Shown here in pieces: positions 26,347 to 38,893 of a stretch of DNA of 64,000 bases. Every line of letters starts with the position of its first letter. Position 1 is the first letter of the stretch. The notes below the pieces were generated by a model. It was not told the origin of the DNA. It saw only the letters and a list, made by a program, of their open reading frames with translations, and did not search any database. The translations under genes and the position numbers were made by a program. Origin of the DNA: Haliotis rubra (taxonomy: Eukaryota); NCBI RefSeq assembly GCF_003918875.1, contig NW_025765225.1, forward strand, positions 1,302,001 to 1,366,000. The letters are read 5' to 3'.

Positions 26347-27839
26347 GCATAGTTGAATCAACGTTGGGTATTTCCCAAAATACATGCAGGAAAACTGGAC
26401 AATTAATTTACAAATCTATACTATCTATCTATCTGTCCGTCTGTTTGTCTATTTATCTGCAAATGTTCAGGTGTTAATCTTCCGTGAACCTTTGAATCTT
26501 TCAACCGATATCTGGGATCCAGTGATGTCGGTATTGGAAATGAAAGAATGCATTTCTGATTGTAAAGTACAAACACAAGGATATATTCATGAATTCACTA
26601 GATTTAACTTATATTTATGAATATAATTTTGGTGGAAATCTGTAAATGGGTCTTACTTTCAAGTAGAAAATGTTACCTAAAACTCATTCCCCGAACAATG
26701 CAACGTTGTCGATATTAATATTGTTGTACAGAATCACATATATCATCTAAGTATTAGTCCACTATGTCCAGTGCAATCACACATGCACTCACAATGCAAC
26801 AAGCGACAGGAAACAATGCAACCATTTTCTTATCCTAACTATGCAGTGTTATTCTGTATCATGTACCTTCAATTTCAGAAAACGTGTAATACCAATTTAC
26901 TCATGAAGGAAGGATAAGTATTGCTATGATGTCTTCCCATACAATTGGTGTGCAAATGTCTACATGTAATTAATTGATGTCTATTGACTGTAACATTGCA
27001 ATCCTTCTTGGTGTGTGTGTATATATATATACATACATACCCAAATATATACACACATGTAGGTTATGTCTGTACGTGTACTTTGCCTGAAATCCTGAAT
27101 TATCATTTCCGACGTGATGTGCCAATATACAAAGCGATGAGAGGGTACATGTAAAATTCCAACATCTAATTGTTTAAAAATTGTTTTACTCCCATATTTG
27201 GTGGTTTTGTTCACACATTACCTATCTAACTTGATGTTTTGTGTTTTTAAGTTTTTATGCGATGACACTTTTGCATTTCTCTTGAATAAAACACATTTAT
27301 GCTCAATATCTGCTGACTTGTATAACATGCATACCATGCATAAATGACTGATTTCTGTAGTTTAAAGGGAAATAACTCGAGTGGCCATGTGCCGTGGTGG
27401 TGTGTTATATGACATGACAAACGGACTCACTTTTGTGTCTATCCTTGCTTTCTGTCTCAGTTGAGCAGAGATGTGCTTCCCTACACCACAATATTCTCTA
27501 TGTATATGCTTATTGAATAGTTATTAATCTTCCCAAAACATTAATGATTACCCATATTTGGACTTCGGGTTAAAAAGAATGAATGCGAAGGTGAGGTTGG
27601 TGACGTCACTGATTGCGTGTCTCCATACCCTAATGATTGGGGTGTTGCTCATAGCATCAATCATTCGGTGGCCTGACCCAGACTAGATTATTCACATGTC
27701 ACTGTGGGATATTCCTGAGTGCAACACGGAACAACAACGATATGAACAAAACTTGGTTTTATTATCACCAGCTTCAGTTTAAAGCATGCGTCAGGAATAT
27801 GGAATAATGCCATTTGCCAGATTCTAGTTTCTGGATGGT

Positions 27840-28025
27840 CAGGGGCGGATACAGCTTTTTGAGAAAGGGGGTCTGCACACTATTGAGAAAAGGAGGGGTG
27901 CACACTTCATTTTCACCCGAGTTTCAATGGTCATTTAACAAACTTTCAGCACAAAAAGGGTATGGGGTGTGTGTGTGGTGTGCACGCACCCCTGGAAACC
28001 CCCACCCTCTCTGGATCCGCCTGTG
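27840..28025. mobile_element. MITE with CAGGGGCGGAT-type TIRs
   Basis: Left CAGGGGCGGATACAG, right CTGGATCCGCCTGTG; ATGGT on both flanks. Confidence 0.65.
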
Positions 28026-28358
28026 ATGGTTGGCCACTATGTACATAAGAACTGATGTATTGCCACCTTGTCACGGTAATAAGGACCGTGACAGTTACAC
28101 GATAAGGAAAACTATATTGGAATAACTTTTACCATCCTCACAAGGTCATGGTAATTAAGCGTGACACGTGAAAGCATGAATTGTATCTGTGCTGTGACAA
28201 TGACATTGATAAATGTCACGAGATTTGAAACCGTAAGTGTCACTTTCGTGGTTATTAGCTCAAATTAGGATTTACTTTCAAGAGCCTGTATGACTCTAGT
28301 GTTTTGTAAGGATCACCATTCTAACATTTCTCATTATATATTCCTGTTTATAAGAGCT

Positions 28359-28510
28359 GTTCTTTAGTTCTACCGGATGATGGGGCCAGAACAAGCCCTG
28401 AAACGTTGTACCAAACAATAAAAAGAAGATGAAACACAGTTCTTTAGTTCTACCTGATGATGGGGCGAGAACAAGCCCTGAAACGTTGTACCAAACAATA
28501 AAAGAAGATA
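28359..28510 (+). ncRNA. Tandem minimal type I hammerhead ribozymes (Penelope-like LTR fragment, 80-bp period)
   Basis: The second copy reads TAC-CTGATGA-TGGGGC gagaacaa GCCCT-GAAAC-GTT-GTA, followed by AATAAA. The first copy has a mutated core (CGGATGA). Confidence 0.65.
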
Positions 28511-29024
28511 AAACCAAGAAAAGTCTCAATGTTCTCCAAATACGGGTTTTTCCTTCGAGACCATGAGCAGTTGGAATACCAGATTTACTAAGATCTATAT
28601 TTCATACAACCATAAGACCAAGACTTAAATGTTACAATTGCTCATCCGATGGTTGCGGATTAAGAAAAACGTGGAAGGGGGACAAGAGCAAGATATGAAA
28701 CTTCAACTGTGATACAATAACAGCTGATAGACAATGAAATCCAGCCACATAACCGATTAAAGCTAAAACCTAAATTATAGTATACTACATGTATACAATT
28801 AAATCAAACATAGGACATATTTTAAGCAAAAGGTTCAAGTGTCAGGCAGTGAGATGTGTCTCACATTAAACAGTGTTACTCATCTTAGTGTAAAATATTG
28901 TTTGAGTAGACGAAAGCAAACATACGCTGAAATACACAGCTGGCCCTCCATCGCGGCTTTCCTCAACTGAACTTGTATATATGTTGTATATCGCCTGTTA
29001 CTAGCTACTGCAAGCAAAAGAGTG

Positions 29025-29188
29025 AGTGAGTGAGTATGTTTTTACGCCGCTTTTAGCAATATTCCAGCAATATCACGGCGGAGGACACCGGAAAAAGGCT
29101 TCTCACATTGTACCTATGTGGGGAATCGAACCCCGGTATTCGGCGTGACGAGCGAACGCTTTAACCACTAGGCTACCCTACCGCCCCT
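29025..29188 (-). mobile_element. SINE family A, full length with TSD
   Basis: TSD GCAAAAGAGTG at 29014-29024 and 29189-29199. Confidence 0.9.
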
Positions 29189-30396
29189 GCAAAAGAGTGC
29201 CCGTATTTGTAGATTAGAGATAAAGGACGGGTTGAGTGGATGGGTGACTTACAACTTGTCCACACATTTTCTCCTTGTGTGATATAAAGCACCGTATTTC
29301 CCTTGTCATATTACAGTCCCTGAGGGTGATTGGACACACACTTTGAAAATACTTCCAATGAGTGGAAGTTTCACATATTATCTTAATGATGAACGTGTAT
29401 GCGTCGCCAAATCATGCCCAGACCCTACATAAAACTAGGACCGTCAACCTGTGCATGTGCCACATTGGCTCGTGTCTCTTTTATAGTCCAGATCATATAT
29501 CTTGATTGGTCTGATACGAACACATTTCATGTTATCCAGGAACAAGAGGTGTGTTAAAATAACTCACCCTGATAGCTTTGACAACTGTCTTTCTAAGGTA
29601 TCGGCATGTGATCACATTCCTTCCACCCGTTTTAATTATTCTTTAAGTATAAATTTTTCTCCTGTCACGGCTCTAAATAGTTAGTGTTGGATTATTTTTA
29701 GATTGAAGTCAATTCTGCCTCCTGTCATGGACCGCTGACCCTATGTAAAAAATGGCAATGTGGTTGTAAGAAAGATTGTGTTTGGTTACCAGTGTAGATT
29801 GGGTATCTTCTTCTTGCAGTACATACACGTTAAAGGATCAGGAAGTCAGTCACGGGGACATGATGGTGTTTTATCGTTAAACATACCAATAACTAGTTTG
29901 TTCGACCCTCATGTACGGAGAGCCATCCGTGGATAGTGCTGACTGTGGATGAAACACCAGTATTCTTGAACATTTAAGCTTTTGTCTAACTTATGGAGTT
30001 GACCATAAAAGTATTGATAAGTTATTGATAATTCCTATCTTAAAAAACTCATGATTAAATGTTTACGAACGCAGACAAATTTCATGGATTCACCAAGGAT
30101 AGAATAGGAATTAATACTCCCAGCTCATTATCTAGATAAAATTGAGTTTCAACATTAGGGATGCACCCACGTATTTGTTAATGGGAGTCGGATTGCTTTC
30201 AGATGAATGTTTTAGGAGATGTCCTTGAGATTTCAGTTTGTTCATTGACATGGTGACAAGTCAACGTCGGATATGTTACTGATGCAGGAAATAGCGAATT
30301 CTTAGTATAGATAGTACCTGTAATAGCAGTATCATTTTAGAAAATCAATGTCCTGATATTATTACCTTTGGTTAAAGAAGACATATATGACACTTC

Positions 30397-31020
30397 AAGG
30401 GCACATGGAACTGCACAAGTATAAAATTATTATGTTTGATGGGGAATATGTAATTAGGAACTTAGGTTATCTGAAAATGTTTGTGGTGATGTATGTTTAG
30501 ATTGCTATTGTGAAATAAGTGGGCTAAAGTGTTTTGCTGTTTGGAGAGAGCAAAGGGCACATGTAACTGCACAAGTATAAACTTATTATGTTTGATGGGG
30601 CATATTTTATTAGGAACTAAGGTTATCAGAAAATGTTTGTGGTGATATATGTTTAGATGGGCTATTGTGAAATATGTTGAGTAAAGTGTTTTGCTGTTTG
30701 GAGAGATCAAAGGGCACATGTAACTGCACAAGTATAAACTTATTATGTTTGATGGGGCATATTTTATTAGGAACTAAGGTTATCAGAAAATGTTTGTGGT
30801 GATATATGTTTAGATGGGCTATTGTGAAATATGTTGAGTAAAGTGTTTTGCTGTTTGGAGAGATCAAAGGGCACATGTAACTGCACAAGTATAAACTTAT
30901 TATGTTTGATGGGGCATATTTTATTAGGAACTAAGGTTATCAGAAAATGTTTGTGGTGATATATGTTTAGATGGGCTATTGTGAAATATGTTGAGTAAAG
31001 TGTTTTGCTGCTTGGAGAGA
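30397..31020. repeat. 157-bp tandem repeat, about 4 copies
   Basis: AAGGGCACATGTAACTGCACAAG recurs every 157 bp; the inner copies are nearly identical. Confidence 0.9.
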
Positions 31021-32321
31021 GTCCATCCTGTACCTTAATTATTCATGAATTGCTGTCTGTATTACCTTTAGATCTAAGACTTCTTAGTAATAGTTTACAC
31101 ATGTGTTACGTATACGTACCAAATACAGAGCTTAGTAAGACAAAATATTAGTTGCCAAATGTACAATTTATGTACGTCAGATGTTACTTAGATAACCCAT
31201 GGTTGCGGTTTCCCTGGAAAAGAGGCACTTATGTTTATTGATGACTGTGACAATTTAAAAAGAATGCAATTGCCCGTTATGTCATCAATATATTATTCAG
31301 TTCAAGTTTCCGCATGTTTTCCTGAACATATGTATCAACGTCAGACTACTGGGGGTTCTGAAAAATCTCTATCCTGCATAAGTCTTCCGCACTTTAGACG
31401 CACATGTTGATCACAATCCCACGCAAATCCTGTAATCGGTCTGATACCTTACTTTGGAGCCAACCTTCATCATCAAGTGGATTATGATTTTCCTCTCGGA
31501 TTATATAACAAAAACGCTGCACAGATCGAAAGGACAAAACCCTTTTCCGCATTCATAAGAAATCTCTGCTAAAAGTACACATGTACGAATCGCCTTCATG
31601 TGACATTTCTGTACCGAGATGAGTCAAGAAAGGTGAGTTCTTCCAATCTGCCTCACGACATTGAGAAAATAACGGGTGGTCGTACCAATTTACTCCAAAT
31701 TGAATCACTAGCGTGTGCCAGAAACCCACAATCGAGGGATCGAATCCCAAGACCGCCAGGATTACGTTTCGGCGTCTATTAGCACAGTACGCGTGAAGGC
31801 GAGTGATAAAATCTGTATAAGAACTGCATTGCTTCGGGATTTCAGCCCACGCTGGAAAGACAGGCCATGACGTGACATTTAAAATGATGTTCACAGGGAT
31901 TTTAAACCCATCCCACATCCAAGTCATTGCACTAACAATATGTACATTTTAACTAAACACAACCACATTTGAACATGAACACAATTTTGCACCTGCACAA
32001 ATTGTTTTCAAGGCAAAATTTTGAACAAGGATCGTGAATGAACAGCATAGCAGTGTTTTCTTCGAATTTGCATATTAAACATGCCTCTTGTGAAACTGCA
32101 ATGTTAACAAAACGTTGATGTTACGCTGTATATGAAAAACAATTGAAATGAATTGCTCAGATAATTGTTTTGAAACATACAGGCTAAGTGACAGCGGAGA
32201 TTGCAAAAAAAGATGACGTAAAATAATGTAGACATGTGTTTGATTCATTTAAATTCAGTATTGTCATAATAATTTGTTACAGGGTTTTCTTAAGGTCATG
32301 CTCTATTTTCATTTGCATATA

Positions 32322-32494
32322 CAGTAAACCGCGGTTACGAGGAGCCCAAAGGGAGGACAGGACATATTTTAGTTCCTAAATAACCACAGTTCGTAACAGG
32401 CATTTCTACAAAATATCGAGCAAACTACCGGGATCAAAAGCAATGTCTTTATATCCGTCAGTTATGAGCGTATTTGTTAAAATGCGGTTTAATG
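32322..32494. mobile_element. Tc1/pogo-type MITE
   Basis: TA-CAGTAAACCGC ... GCGGTTTAATG-TA inverted ends. Confidence 0.55.
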
Positions 32495-34496
32495 TACAAT
32501 GTTTACACGGCGCTTTTGCGAAATCTTAACCGCCCGTTCCACTGTCATTGCTAGGAATCAGGTCGGCCTTTATTATCCAGCTTCAGTTTGTGATTGAGGA
32601 TCTATATACACATAAATATACGCCCTAAATCATTTTCATAATCACAAGAAATCTCTTCTGATTGTTTCATTGTAAGAATTGACTCTGAATGTGTTTATGA
32701 ATTATTGTGATATAGTGATGATACCTTGTGTTCATGAAAAAATTGAGGGTATCCTACCCCGTCGATGGTCTCCGCCAGAAACACACGCAAGAACAACCCA
32801 TGTTGTTTGTCTGAAAAAGACACATTTGGTTCAATTCAAAATAAGGAATTGCACGACACATCATTTTATTAATGAGTGAAATTCGGAAAAGTCCTCCACA
32901 TAACAAAAGTTTGAAAAAATGGAAAGCTTTGGTGAGACCCAGAATGTTTTGAGTCTTTTGACTCGCTTTGAAATTATGTAGAAAAGATCATACTTGATTG
33001 AACTTAAAGAGGATTGTGTACACAACTAACACGCATGGCAAGTCAACTGGTCATTCTTAATCAGAATTGCAATATTTTTTGACGCCACAATTCATGACTT
33101 TGACATGTTTTGGTGTATTTTTTTATGGGTTTGCTTATTTTATATACAGAATAACTCTGACTGTCCTTCGTCGACCAGGTACTAGTAGGTATTTGTGTCA
33201 GTATATGTGGAATAAGACGAGCGGATCAATAATACTGTAGCCATCATGGAAGGTCACAAGAACAAACCAGGAACGTTTTGTTGGAAGAGTAACTATATAG
33301 TGGTTTAAGGAGATCACCATGTTTTCAGATGTATCTAATTGTTATGACTGATTTTCAGTGATACATTCACATACATTTATCTTTTACGTCTAGCGGAAGC
33401 TGTTTCGTTAGTATATCGAGATTTTCTGACATTGTCATATATTACGTGATGGTAATGCCATACTGTGTAATGGAGGCAATGTTATTGAATTAAAACTCTT
33501 AGGTATTTCCATCACCAGAGTTGGAGCCTTAATCATTTTTGTATCAACCAGTTTGGAAAATAATGTTCCTAAATATACTACTATTTTTACTCTCAAAACA
33601 TTTCTTCGAAAATTCGGAAAGGAAAAAATATAACAATTTGATGTTTTTCCCCCACACTTTATGAATGAGGTGCTGTACTTAAATGCATTGACGAGATAGC
33701 AAATCAGTTTATAGATGTTTCAAAATTTAACATGTGTAGAAGTAATTGTAAAAAACTAATGGAAAATATAACAGGTATAATGCCGATGGAACTACTTTCA
33801 GTCTGCATAAAGACGTTGTGATTTTAAAGAAAATACATAAGAAATAAAACATCTAAATAGAACTTTAAGATGAATTATGTTTATCAAATCGCGTAACCCG
33901 AAAAAGGTGCCATATCCACTGCTCAAATCATGTCAGTCTCAGTCAATCAATATACGTGCTATTTTGATAGATGAGCCAAATATCTAGTCTCTAAATGTAC
34001 AAAGCAACTGCTAAGTAAGTCAGAGTGCGCTTTAAGCAATGCAAATAACAAAGTCACTACTGTGTATACCTTATTTCGACATATGTATTTCTTTATACCC
34101 CTTTGTTATTTCAGCAAAATTCAACAAAGGCACGGATGTCTAAGATGCCACCACGGAAATGGTAATATATGATCATTTGATCACGGGCTGGAACTTCAAA
34201 TTTTCCTGGACTAAAAGTCTTTCTTGGTCTCACCAACATAGTAGATATCTCCTGATGCATTGCGCCAAAGATACACATCATGATATAAATGAACTATTGT
34301 TTGGAATTGTCACACAACTGCCCAATGCAAAACAAAAATATCATCATTCGTTGATGATTCGTTAGTTTTGTAGAAATCACGATCACTACATGCGTTCAGC
34401 CCTTGACAGCTGAATTAGTGCTCATGCACCTATATTCCCATCCAAAATGTTTCATGTCTCCTACTGGTGTCATCTAATGGTTATTCATGATAATTA

Positions 34497-34733
34497 AGAT
34501 CCGGGTTAGAATATTGATCTTCAGTAATCCATGCTTGTCGTAAGAGGTGACTAACGGGATCGGGTGGTCAGGCTCGCTGACTTGGTTGACACATGTCATC
34601 GGTTCCCAATTGCGCAGATCGATGCTCATGCTGTTGATCACTGGATTGCCTGGTCCAGATTCGATTATTTACAGACCGCCGCCATATAGCTTGAATATTG
34701 TTGAGTGCGGCGTAAAACTAAACTCACTCACTC
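34497..34733 (+). mobile_element. SINE family B with TSD
   Basis: Flanked by CATGATAATTA and CATAATAATTA. Confidence 0.88.
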
Positions 34734-37009
34734 ATAATAATTATCTTGTGTCCAAACTGCGCGACATCCACCACCGCAGCATCAAACGGAACGGTAATGC
34801 AATATTTGAAACCCTACGCGCTCGGAAATGATTATAAACCTGCATTTTCTCAACATCCATCAAATCGTACATTTTCAATTAGACACCACAATTTCCTGAC
34901 ATGAAAATTGAAAAAACAAATGACTTTTTCTTAAATGATTTAAAGCTAATACAAGCTTCGTGATATAATTATTGCGTGGTGAGTATACCATGACAATGAA
35001 TGACGACATAGCCATGGGTTACCAAGCGTGTATTACACCCACATGTTTATGAATATGCATATTCATATTTGACTCGAGTTTCCGTTCTCCAGAATTAGCC
35101 TGTTAGGGGTTATGTTAAAGCATGTTGTAATATGCCTCATCCATTAGCGAATCCATGTAGGATATTAAACAAACAATGCGCATATTAGTGTTACAAACGG
35201 AAATGGTTACATAATTATAAACGAGCAGGAAAAGGGTATTACCGTGGGGCAGACGTCTTAACATTTAAAACCAAATGCACATGACGTAATGGTGACAGAG
35301 GTTGTTTGAAATAGACTTTGTCGGTCTATTCTGCTTTTATAGGACGTTTATTTTTTAAATCGGCTCCGTTGCCGTTTCATCTATTAACGTTTTCCTTTTT
35401 CTTAGATTTCTAGGTCTCGAAGACCCCCTATACATTGTAGTGAGTCATGTTTGAAACTATATCGATATATCCGTACTTCGTGACAAGCGGAGGACCAGGA
35501 TAACCTTCAGGGTTATGTGGAACGTGGCATCCTTTGATATATTTCTGTATTTCTGTTTAGGATTATATATTTGATACTGATTAACACTACGCTGTTTTGT
35601 GACTATGATAGATTGTATAGAGTGTGCCGGGTATTACATTACGTTGTGAGCACTAAGCTGTTTTGTGACTGTATGAACGCTCACTGGGGTGATAGAATAT
35701 TGAACTACTGTATTACGTTGTGATTACTGTGTAACGAATCTACATGTGATCTTTATGTATTTTGAAAGCTGATTGCATTGTGAGCATGTTGTAATAATTA
35801 ATTGTAACTCATTCTATTATTGACTGGTTATGTAAAGATCATCATGTGACTGCTGTGTAATAAACTCCTCGTTTATTTACTCAGGTGTTGTGTTGTGTTC
35901 TGTGTGGTATCTTATTTAACACCAATACGTAGGGCTGTAACGATGCATCGAACTATCGCTGGATTGCAATTGCTGAGTCTCCGATAGCAATTAATCGATG
36001 GTAGAAACGAAAAACTATCGATAGTATGTGTAGTATGGTTTAGTAATTGACTTTCGTTGATAAATGCGCAGGAAACCAACTTTTGCGACAGATAACAACT
36101 TTTGCGTTTTCAATGATGATAGTTTCTTAAACAACTTTTTTGGTGGAGTCCGGAAATTTTTCAAATATAAGAAAGCTGTTGGGTATTAGTAAATGATAAA
36201 CGTGTACTATTTATATTTATGTGACAATTTTGTACAATGATACAATTTGCAATTCATCGGTCAGTTTCAGACTCAAACTGACTGTAACTGTTTACATAAT
36301 CTGGGTTTCAAGTTTCTTGTCAGTTATTAAAAGAGACTGAAACTATATTAGTTTGTTACTTTTTCATATAAACTATACATCCATATGGGTAATGACTTCA
36401 CATAAGACAATTCAAGGAGAAAACCCCCGAATTATTGCAATATCCTTTAAGCGATAACGTCAGTACCTTAATAAGCATCTTGGTCTGTGGACATTGCTTC
36501 TATCATACCGTTTGTATATAACTTTGATGTTGTATGAATGTAAATATTGTTTATGTACCTCTTATGCTGCAGTTTGCGGAGTATGAATAAAGTTCAGTTC
36601 AGTTGGTATAGCGGAACCTCTTACCAAGTGGGCTAATTCCTCAGCACTCGCGTTTTAATATATTCGATGTTGAGTTAATTATAGTAAATGCCAGCTCACT
36701 GAGACACCATACAGCAGTATAATATGGATACCTTACCGCTGCTTTCTCCTCCTCAGGACGAGTGTCAGGCTTCCTAACAGCAAGTACGATGTTATGATAC
36801 CATGTCGAACAGATACCACCTGTTGTAACAATTCCGTTTCGGATCTTCCTAACTTAACTTTTATAATAACTGTATCAGATACTTAACGCACGCATTTCAT
36901 TAAAAGCACCCCCAGTCACCATTTGTCCCTAACACGAAAACTTTGAACCAAATGTAATTGAACAGGAATGACAAGTCTTTATGGATGATCAACTTCTTTA
37001 TTGTACAAT

Positions 37010-37400
37010 TGAAAACGTAGTGTTTGTGTTCTTTTAAATTTCGGTTAAAGTTTTCCTACAGTCGCCAGCGGCTGAAGGGATGGTGTAAATCGAACTAGGG
37101 TTCATGCATGTAGCAAAGGCACTGTAAGTGCCCATGATCCCTGGTATGGTGATTTACCTTCAGCTGCTGGCGATCTAGATAGCCCATTGTTATACTGTAT
37201 TGTCCTAATTTGAATTCCAATTTTAGAGAGAGATGCCTGTTTTATTCCTTGATACTGTGATATTCTAGTTGGTTTTCCTGTCCTTCGATGACAGGTTTTT
37301 ATAATTTACATGTGTTTATGGTCAATTCTATACTTGTTTTATTCACGGTATGGCTGAAATATTGCCGATGTGGCTGTAAATCTTAACTCACTCACTCACT
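37010..37400 (+). mobile_element. 5'-truncated retroelement 3' end (LINE 3' UTR-like) with (CACT)n tail
   Basis: 14-bp TSD CTTTATTGTACAAT at 36996-37009 and 37401-37414. The tail GCTGAAATATTGCCGATGTGGCTGTAAATCTTAACTCACTCAC resembles the SINE tails. Confidence 0.75.
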
Positions 37401-38893
37401 CTTTATTGTACAATAGCAACGTTTCGGTATAGATACTTGTACCGTTTACAAGTATGAAAACTTCTCAAGCACACCTTCTAGAATGTCTTCGTTCATTTTT
37501 AAATTTAGAACTAAAGCAGTATTACAATATGTCTTAACGCTTCAGTTCAGTGTGGGAGGAAAACGTGCCACAGATATTGGCTGAAAAACTTGGAACCAAC
37601 ATTACTTCAAATCTGGGATTTTAACCAACCATCATATGATTCTACTCACCAAAGTACGAACTGTTTAAAATTTTCGTAAACTAATATTGTTTCCTGTGGC
37701 GTAAAACAACATTTGCTAACTCATTCCGTATGGACATCTAACACACGGTTGTCCTTTGACGCTCCAGTAGCAGCAGGGCCAGAGTCGCCCTTTGGTAGTC
37801 AATGACACCTGTGGCTAGACTCGCTGAATTGGTTGACAGTATCAATCACGTCACGGGTTTGTCGTAACATAACCGAGTGCATGCAGGCGCAGTTATATAG
37901 GTTTGGTACTTTGTCAATATGATATTTTAGCGTTGAACAACAAGCAAACAACCTATACTTTGGACTTCAGAAAAAAGTTTGTGAAATATTTAGGTGGTAA
38001 ATGCTAAATAACGTTTGCTGACTCCTATCAATATCGGTTTAGATCCTAAAATTAAATTGAAATATAAACGTATGTGAAGAAATGAGAAGACACATATATC
38101 ATCATATTTTGGCTTCATTCAAGTAATGCTGAAATTGAATTTTAAGTGTTGGAAATTATTGTCCCGCGAAGGCCATGCATCGCTACTCGAATCATTCCCG
38201 CGCTTAAGCCTCCCACAGCGCAATATAACACGCAGCCTCCTCGTAACGCTGGGACCCGAACGTGGATAGTCATCTCCCGTCTATTGCCTTACGCCCACGC
38301 ATCTGGGCACGCGGCATCGATCAGGTTGTTATGGTAACCAGATAGACCGCAACTAGTGGCGTCTGGGAGTTGCGAGCTTCCCGATGACGCCAGACAATGG
38401 TTCACTTGCCACGTCTTCCGTCTGTACGGTGTCCATTAGGTCCACCGAATGTACCAGGAGAGATGGGAGGCTGACTGACCACCCCCTTAACACGGTGTGC
38501 GGGGACCCGACACTGAATTTAGTACTACTAACCCATTGGTCTAGTGTTCTATTAATAGTAGTCATCGATCAGGGGCGACCTTGACCTTAACGGCACGGAG
38601 CATTACTATCTACAGCGTAGCGGTTTTTTATCTGAAATTCCTGGATAATGATTCTGGCTTCATTTATGGCTTGGTGGATTCGACGTTTTAATGAGACTGG
38701 TGTATAATTATCAAACGTCATGTATGTTGACACTGAAATATATCCTTGCGGCATTAACTTCAAGAATAATGAATAGTCCTGTCTTGTCGATTTCGTCATA
38801 AACTTCGAGAACAGAATCACAGAAATAGCATAGTGGAAACTAAATAGATTTCTCACTTTCGATCAAATGGGCGTTTGAGCGATTTGTTTATCA

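Noticed and set aside
30397-31020. Regular repeats that might suggest a CRISPR array; ORFs 30462-30888
   Set aside because: These are contiguous 157-bp units without unique spacers in eukaryotic DNA, and the ORFs are repeat artefacts.
37418-37455. Minus-strand hairpin followed by GAAACGTTG, resembling an atypical hammerhead
   Set aside because: The CUGANGA core is absent, so it is too weak to call.
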